DNA of 64,000 bases from an uncultured Actinomycetes bacterium (GTDB lineage: Bacteria > Chloroflexota > Dormibacteria > Aeolococcales > Aeolococcaceae). How positions within the stretch are numbered: position 1 is the first letter of the stretch; each line of letters starts with the position of its first letter. The notes under the pieces were generated by a model. That model did no database searches, had not been told where the DNA came from, and saw only the letters and a list, made by a program, of their open reading frames with translations. Location: assembly GCA_964618935.1 (NCBI GenBank), contig CAZUDL010000006.1:71874-135873 (forward strand), read 5' to 3'. The position numbers and the translations under genes are program-made. Below are positions 59,818-64,000 of the stretch, one piece after another.

Positions 59818-60192
59818 CTAGAGGAGGCTTCCCACCAGCAGCAGCACCGCCGACGCGGTGAGCAGCACCGGGCAGATCTTGAACCAGACCACCGGCGTAC
59901 GCGCCCCGGTGAGGGCCGTCAGCACGGCGAGCGCGACCAGCCACGCCGCGGCGACCCGGTCGATCCACAGCGTGGACGTGGCGTGCGCCCCACCGGCGGC
60001 GGTGGCCACGACGAGCACCGCCGCGAGGCCCCACATGGTGATCGCCTCCGCCAGCCATTCCTGCTTGACGACGCGCCGGTTGTCGACGGTCACGGGCTCG
60101 AAGCCCACCAGCACCTGGTGCGTGGGGATGGCATGGGCCACACCCCACAGGCCGACGAGGGCGGCGGCGGCGTAGACGAGGACGGCTGTCAC
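59818..60192 (-). CDS. small 4-TM membrane protein
   Basis: GTG start overlapping the upstream stop (GTGA). Hydrophobic VTAVLVYAAAALVGLWGV...LLTASAVLLLVGSLL. Confidence 0.45.
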   Translation of the reverse strand: MTAVLVYAAAALVGLWGVAHAIPTHQVLVGFEPVTVDNRRVVKQEWLAEAITMWGLAAVLVVATAAGGAHATSTLWIDRVAAAWLVALAVLTALTGARTPVVWFKICPVLLTASAVLLLVGSLL

Positions 60193-60482
60193 CCGGGCGG
60201 CGGCGCGGTGTGCCGGCCCATCTCGCGGGCGATGTCGGCCTCGGTGATCGGCCGGCGCCCGTACACGTCCCAGGCGTGCAGCACGATGCCGATGCCCCAC
60301 GCCGCCAGCACCCAACCGGGCCAGAAGTAGCTGTGGCCGGCGATGTACCAGATGGCGATCAGTCCGAGGTTGACGACGACGTAGCAGACCACGTGAGTCC
60401 CGAAGTCGCGCCGGGCGGACAGCCGCTGAATGGCCGCGGCGCGCTCGTCCGCCGGGTCGATCACCGAGGGTTTGCTGGCCAT
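60189..60482 (-). CDS. 2TM-domain membrane protein
   Basis: MASKPSVIDPADERAAAIQRLSARRDFGTHVVCYVVVNLGLIAIWYIAGHSYFWPGWVLAAWGIGIVLHAWDVY. ATG with AGGAGG Shine-Dalgarno. Confidence 0.55.
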   Translation of the reverse strand: MASKPSVIDPADERAAAIQRLSARRDFGTHVVCYVVVNLGLIAIWYIAGHSYFWPGWVLAAWGIGIVLHAWDVYGRRPITEADIAREMGRHTAPPPG

Positions 60483-60609
60483 CGTGGTTACCTCCTGGCG
60501 CGATGGTGGCGCTTCACGGCCCCCTCTCGCCACAGCGCTTGGTCACCTGGGGGAAGAGCCGAACGTCCCGTCCGGTGACGCCCCGCGCGCCGGCGTCAGC
60601 CGCGCCGCG

Positions 60610-62376
60610 TCATTCCAGGGACAGGATGTAGGGGTAATGCTCCTGGCCGCCGCGGTGCAGCTCGAACTCGGTGGTCGGGAAGGCCTCCCGGAGCCGCTCC
60701 ACCAGGGCGGTGGCCGCCGCCTCGTCCACCTGCTCCCCCCAGTACGCGGTGACCAGCTCCGGCGGGGTCTCGTGGTTGCGGAGGACCGCCTCGATGACGG
60801 CGAGCTCGTCCTCCCCGGTCTGGACGATGTCGTCGTCGACCAGGGCCATGACCTCCCCGGCCCGGATGCGGAGGCCACCCGCGGAGCTGTCGCGCACCGC
60901 CCGGGTGATCTCGACGGTGCTCACCCGGCCCAGCGCCTCGGCCATCCGCACCAGGTTGCCGGCGACGTCGCCGCTCGGGTCGATGGCCAGCATGGCGCTG
61001 ATGCCCTGGGGAAGGCTGCGCGACGGGCTGACCTTGACCTCGATGCCCTCGGCGAGGCCGTGCACCTGCTCGGCGGTGAGGATGACGTTGGGGTTGTTGG
61101 GCAGGATGACGACCGTCTCGGCGCCCACCTTGCGCACCCCCTTGAGCAGGTCCTCGATGGAGGGGTTCATGGTCTGGCCGCCGGCGACGACGACGTCGGC
61201 GCCGAGGCTCAGGAAGATGTCGCGGAAGCCGTCGCCGGGAGCCACCGCCACCACCCCCAGCGGCTTCGCGGCCGCCGCCGGGGTGAACGCCGCATCGGCG
61301 GCCTCACGCTGGTCGGCGCGAGCCATGACCTCGTGATGCTGGGCCGTCATGTCCTCGACCTTGAGGTTGGAGAGGCGGCCGCGCTGGGAGGCGACGCTGA
61401 TGAGCCCGGCGGGGTCGTGGGTGTGGATATGGACCCGGGCGACGTCGCTGTCGCCCACCACCAGGGCCGACTCGCCCAGCGCGCCCAGCTCCTTGCCGAG
61501 GGCGTCGACGTCCAGTCCCGGACCGCTGACCATGAACTCGGTGCAGTAGCCCCAGCCCTGCTCGCGGACGGCCACGGCGGCGGCGCCGCGGCGCCGGGCG
61601 GTCCTCGACGGCGCTGCCGCCGCGCCGCCCGGGGCGCTGTTCCCGGCGCCGGTGGGGGCCTGGAGGTGGGGCTCCCCGGAGCGCCGCCGGCGCACCGCCG
61701 GCAGGCTGGCCGACCCGTCCGTGTCCGCCAGGGCGCGGGTCAGGCCCTCGAGCACGATGGCGAGGCCGAAACCGCCGGCATCGACGACGCCGGCGTCGCG
61801 GAGCACGGCGAGCTGGTCGGTGGTCCGCTCCACCGCGGCGTGGGCCTCGCGCACCGTCTCCTCCAGCACGATGCGGATGTCGTCGGACTCGGCGGCGGCG
61901 CGCCGGGCCGCTTCCGCCGCCTCGCGCACCACGGTGAGGATGGTCCCCTCGGTCGGCTTCATCACCGCCTTGTAGGCGACCCGGGCACCCTCCTGGAGAC
62001 ACTCGGCGAACGCCTTGGCATCGAGCACATCCCGGTCCCCGACCCCCTGGGCGAAGCCGCGGAAGATCTGCGAGAGGATGACCCCGCTGTTGCCGCGCGC
62101 GCCCATCAGCGAGCCGTGCGCTGCCGCCCGCATCACCGAGCCCGCCGACGACGGCACGGGGGCACCCTGGGCGTCCTCGACCGCCGAGCGCAGGGTCAGG
62201 TACATGTTCGAGCCGGTGTCCCCGTCGGGCACCGGGAAGACGTTGAGGTCGTTGACCTGCTCCTGGTTGGCCTGCAGCCACGACAGCGAGCTGCGCAGCC
62301 CCTGCAGGAGCGCGTCGCCGTCGACCTCGCGGAGTGGCTCCCGTGTCACTGCCGCCGCCCGATCAGCGCTGCTCAT
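60610..62376 (-). CDS. DAK2-domain fusion protein YloV-like
   Basis: DGDTGSNM DAK2 motif plus C-terminal DegV/fatty-acid-binding-like part. Position next to asp23 and recG is conserved in Bacillota. Confidence 0.85.
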   Translation of the reverse strand: MSSADRAAAVTREPLREVDGDALLQGLRSSLSWLQANQEQVNDLNVFPVPDGDTGSNMYLTLRSAVEDAQGAPVPSSAGSVMRAAAHGSLMGARGNSGVILSQIFRGFAQGVGDRDVLDAKAFAECLQEGARVAYKAVMKPTEGTILTVVREAAEAARRAAAESDDIRIVLEETVREAHAAVERTTDQLAVLRDAGVVDAGGFGLAIVLEGLTRALADTDGSASLPAVRRRRSGEPHLQAPTGAGNSAPGGAAAAPSRTARRRGAAAVAVREQGWGYCTEFMVSGPGLDVDALGKELGALGESALVVGDSDVARVHIHTHDPAGLISVASQRGRLSNLKVEDMTAQHHEVMARADQREAADAAFTPAAAAKPLGVVAVAPGDGFRDIFLSLGADVVVAGGQTMNPSIEDLLKGVRKVGAETVVILPNNPNVILTAEQVHGLAEGIEVKVSPSRSLPQGISAMLAIDPSGDVAGNLVRMAEALGRVSTVEITRAVRDSSAGGLRIRAGEVMALVDDDIVQTGEDELAVIEAVLRNHETPPELVTAYWGEQVDEAAATALVERLREAFPTTEFELHRGGQEHYPYILSLE

Positions 62377-62758
62377 CGGCCTGATCCAGGTGGATGCCCT
62401 GCACGTTCACGTTGACCGCGATGACATCCACCCCCAGGGTCTTCTCGACCTCGTACTTGACCGCGCTCATCAGGTTGTGGGCGACCTCGCTGATGCGGGT
62501 GCCGTACTGGGCGATGATGTAGAGCTCGATGATCAGGCCGCCCTCGGCGACCTCGACCTCGATGCCCCGGTGCATGTTCTCGCGGTTGAGCCTCTCCGCC
62601 AGCCCGTCGCGCAGGCCCCGGGCGGCCATGCCGACCACGCCATAGCACTCGCCGGCGGCGTGGCCCACGATGGACGCGACCACGCGCGGCGACACCTCGA
62701 TGCGGCCGAGACCGGCCGTTCGTGTCAGCACCCCCGCCGTCTTCTCCTTGCTCGTCAC
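62363..62758 (-). CDS. Asp23/Gls24-family alkaline shock protein (YloU-like)
   Basis: GRIEVSPRVVASIVGHAAGECYGVVGM...GIEVEVAEGGLIIELYIIAQYGTRISEVAHNLMSAVKYEVEKTLG. Confidence 0.85.
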   Translation of the reverse strand: MTSKEKTAGVLTRTAGLGRIEVSPRVVASIVGHAAGECYGVVGMAARGLRDGLAERLNRENMHRGIEVEVAEGGLIIELYIIAQYGTRISEVAHNLMSAVKYEVEKTLGVDVIAVNVNVQGIHLDQADEQR

Positions 62759-62912
62759 GTCACTTCCAGCAGGTCGGGAAACAGTGGTGTGGTATTCTCG
62801 CCGTCTCCCCGGCAGTCGGGCAAGCGCCCCGAGCGCGAACCCGCGGGCGAGTGCCTAGTATGCCGCTGCGGCCCGGCCGTCTGCGGCCCGTTCTCAGGAT
62901 TGCAAAAGAGCC

Positions 62913-63101
62913 ATGTCCCAACGATGCGACCGGTGCGGCAAGGGCCCGATGGCCGGCAACAACGTCAGCCACTCGAAGGTCCGCACCCGCCGCCGCTTCA
63001 TGCCCAACCTGAAGGCGGCGCGCGTCCTCGAGGGCGGCCAGCTGGTCAGAGCCACCCTCTGCACCCGCTGCATCCGCACCTCCGCCAAGCCGAAGCGCTA
63101 G
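62913..63101 (+). CDS. rpmB: 50S ribosomal protein L28
   Basis: [38 protein letters not shown]. Confidence 0.85.
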   Translation: MSQRCDRCGKGPMAGNNVSHSKVRTRRRFMPNLKAARVLEGGQLVRATLCTRCIRTSAKPKR

Positions 63102-63223
63102 CCGGCCGTCGCCTCCAACCGGCGCCCGGCCGCCTCGCGCAGGCATCCGGCCCAGCGTCACCGGCGCGCCCCGCGCCCGTCCCGGGACGGTGAGCCGGAC
63201 GGGCAGAGGCGGTCGTCCCCAGA

Positions 63224-64000
63224 TCATCTCGGGCCCGCCGCCCCCCTCACCGGGCGCTGCGGCGGTCCCAGGGTGCCGTCGGGGCGGAGATGGCGCCGGG
63301 TTTCCAGCGACGCCCGGAGCTGGCCGCAGGCGGCGTCGGCGCCGGCGCCCCTGGTGTCGCGCACCGTCATGGTCACCCCGTCCAGGGCGCGGAGGAAGGC
63401 GCGGGCCGTCTCGGGGGGCGGCGGTCCCCAGGGGCTGCCCTCGATCCGGTTCATGGGGATGACGTTGACGTGGGCGTGGAGGCGCGCGGCGATCTCCCCG
63501 AGGCGGCGCGCCTGCTCTGGGGTGTCGTTGACACCTCCGATCAGGCACCACTCCAGGCTGAGGCGCCGCCCCGAGGCCTGGGCGTAGCCGCCGGCGCTGG
63601 CCAGCAGGCGCCGCAGCGGATGGGCCCGGTTCAGTGGCACCAGGCGGTCGCGGAGCTCGTCGGTGGCGGCATGGAGTGAGATCGCCAGGGTCACCGGCAG
63701 CCCCTCCCCCGCCAGCCGGTCGATGCCGGGGACGACGCCGCTGGTGGAGACGGTGATCCGCCGCGGGCTGATGCCTCCATCCCGCGCCAGGGCCCGGATC
63801 GAGCTCACCGTGGTCTCGTACGCGAGGAGGGGCTCGCCCATGCCCATGTAGACGGCGTGGGTGGGGGGGCCGAAACCGTGACGGTGCAGCGCCTGCCCCG
63901 CCAGCCGCACCTGGTCGACCACCTCGGCGGCGGTGCAGCTCCGCCGCAGGCCCATCCGGCCGGTGGCGCAGAAGGGGCAGCCGACGGCGCAGCCGACCTG
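63224..64000 (-). CDS. rlmN: 23S rRNA (adenine2503-C2)-methyltransferase RlmN, partial (N-terminus beyond window end)
   Basis: Radical-SAM CAVGCPFCATG motif at the window edge (same frame). GMGEPLLAYE. SGVVPGIDRLA. Confidence 0.85.
   Translation of the reverse strand, partial: QVGCAVGCPFCATGRMGLRRSCTAAEVVDQVRLAGQALHRHGFGPPTHAVYMGMGEPLLAYETTVSSIRALARDGGISPRRITVSTSGVVPGIDRLAGEGLPVTLAISLHAATDELRDRLVPLNRAHPLRRLLASAGGYAQASGRRLSLEWCLIGGVNDTPEQARRLGEIAARLHAHVNVIPMNRIEGSPWGPPPPETARAFLRALDGVTMTVRDTRGAGADAACGQLRASLETRRHLRPDGTLGPPQRPVRGAAGPR

Overview
This 64-kb window is very high-GC (~72%) bacterial chromosome and is coding-dense. Almost everything on the minus strand is a housekeeping backbone whose order matches the Bacillus/Clostridia-type arrangement, read right-to-left: rpmB | asp23-dak2 ... 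recG-rsmD-coaD-X-rpmF-fabD-fabG-acpP-rnc-smc-ftsY ... ylxM-ffh-rpsP-KH-rimM-trmD-rplS ... topA-hslV(codW-like)-hslU ... rpsB-tsf-pyrH-frr-uppS-cdsA-dxr-rseP-ispG-glpK. This points to a high-GC member of the Bacillota (Thermaerobacter/Symbiobacterium/Limnochordia-like), not an actinobacterium. Four accessory blocks interrupt this backbone:

- **Block 1 (47.0-59.4 kb):** a complete set of sulfur-oxidising heterodisulfide-reductase-like (sHdr) and LbpA components. These are two DsrE-family proteins, TusA, HdrC1, HdrB1, HdrA, a conserved hypothetical, a fused HdrC2B2 and a GcvH-like lipoate-binding protein. They are split into two modules that flank a SufS-like cysteine desulfurase and an etfB-etfA-etfD operon encoding an electron-transfer flavoprotein and its membrane Fe-S/cytochrome b reductase. 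I consider this ETF/quinone-coupled sHdr-like sulfur-trafficking island the most interesting candidate system. An orphan TadE-TadE-TadG pseudopilin trio sits next to it.
- **Block 2:** cysE-cysK, between ftsY and ylxM.
- **Block 3:** a lipoprotein, a hypothetical, a PAS-GAF-GGDEF-EAL gene, a marR plus zinc-ribbon pair and a clan GH-A-like glycoside hydrolase lipoprotein, between rplS and topA.
- **Block 4:** three tandem copies of an uncharacterised 4-TM module, arranged as a two-copy gene plus a one-copy gene, between hslU and rpsB.

Gene junctions very often overlap as ATGA/GTGA/TGATG, which indicates translational coupling. Several informational proteins (S2, S16, L19, RNase III, HslU) carry low-complexity extensions. 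I recognised no rRNA, tRNA, CRISPR array or transposase. Many long 6-frame ORFs are GC-driven antisense artefacts and are listed under rejections. Coordinates are taken from the ORF track; my own base indexing may be off by +/-1 to 2 nt at some start codons.
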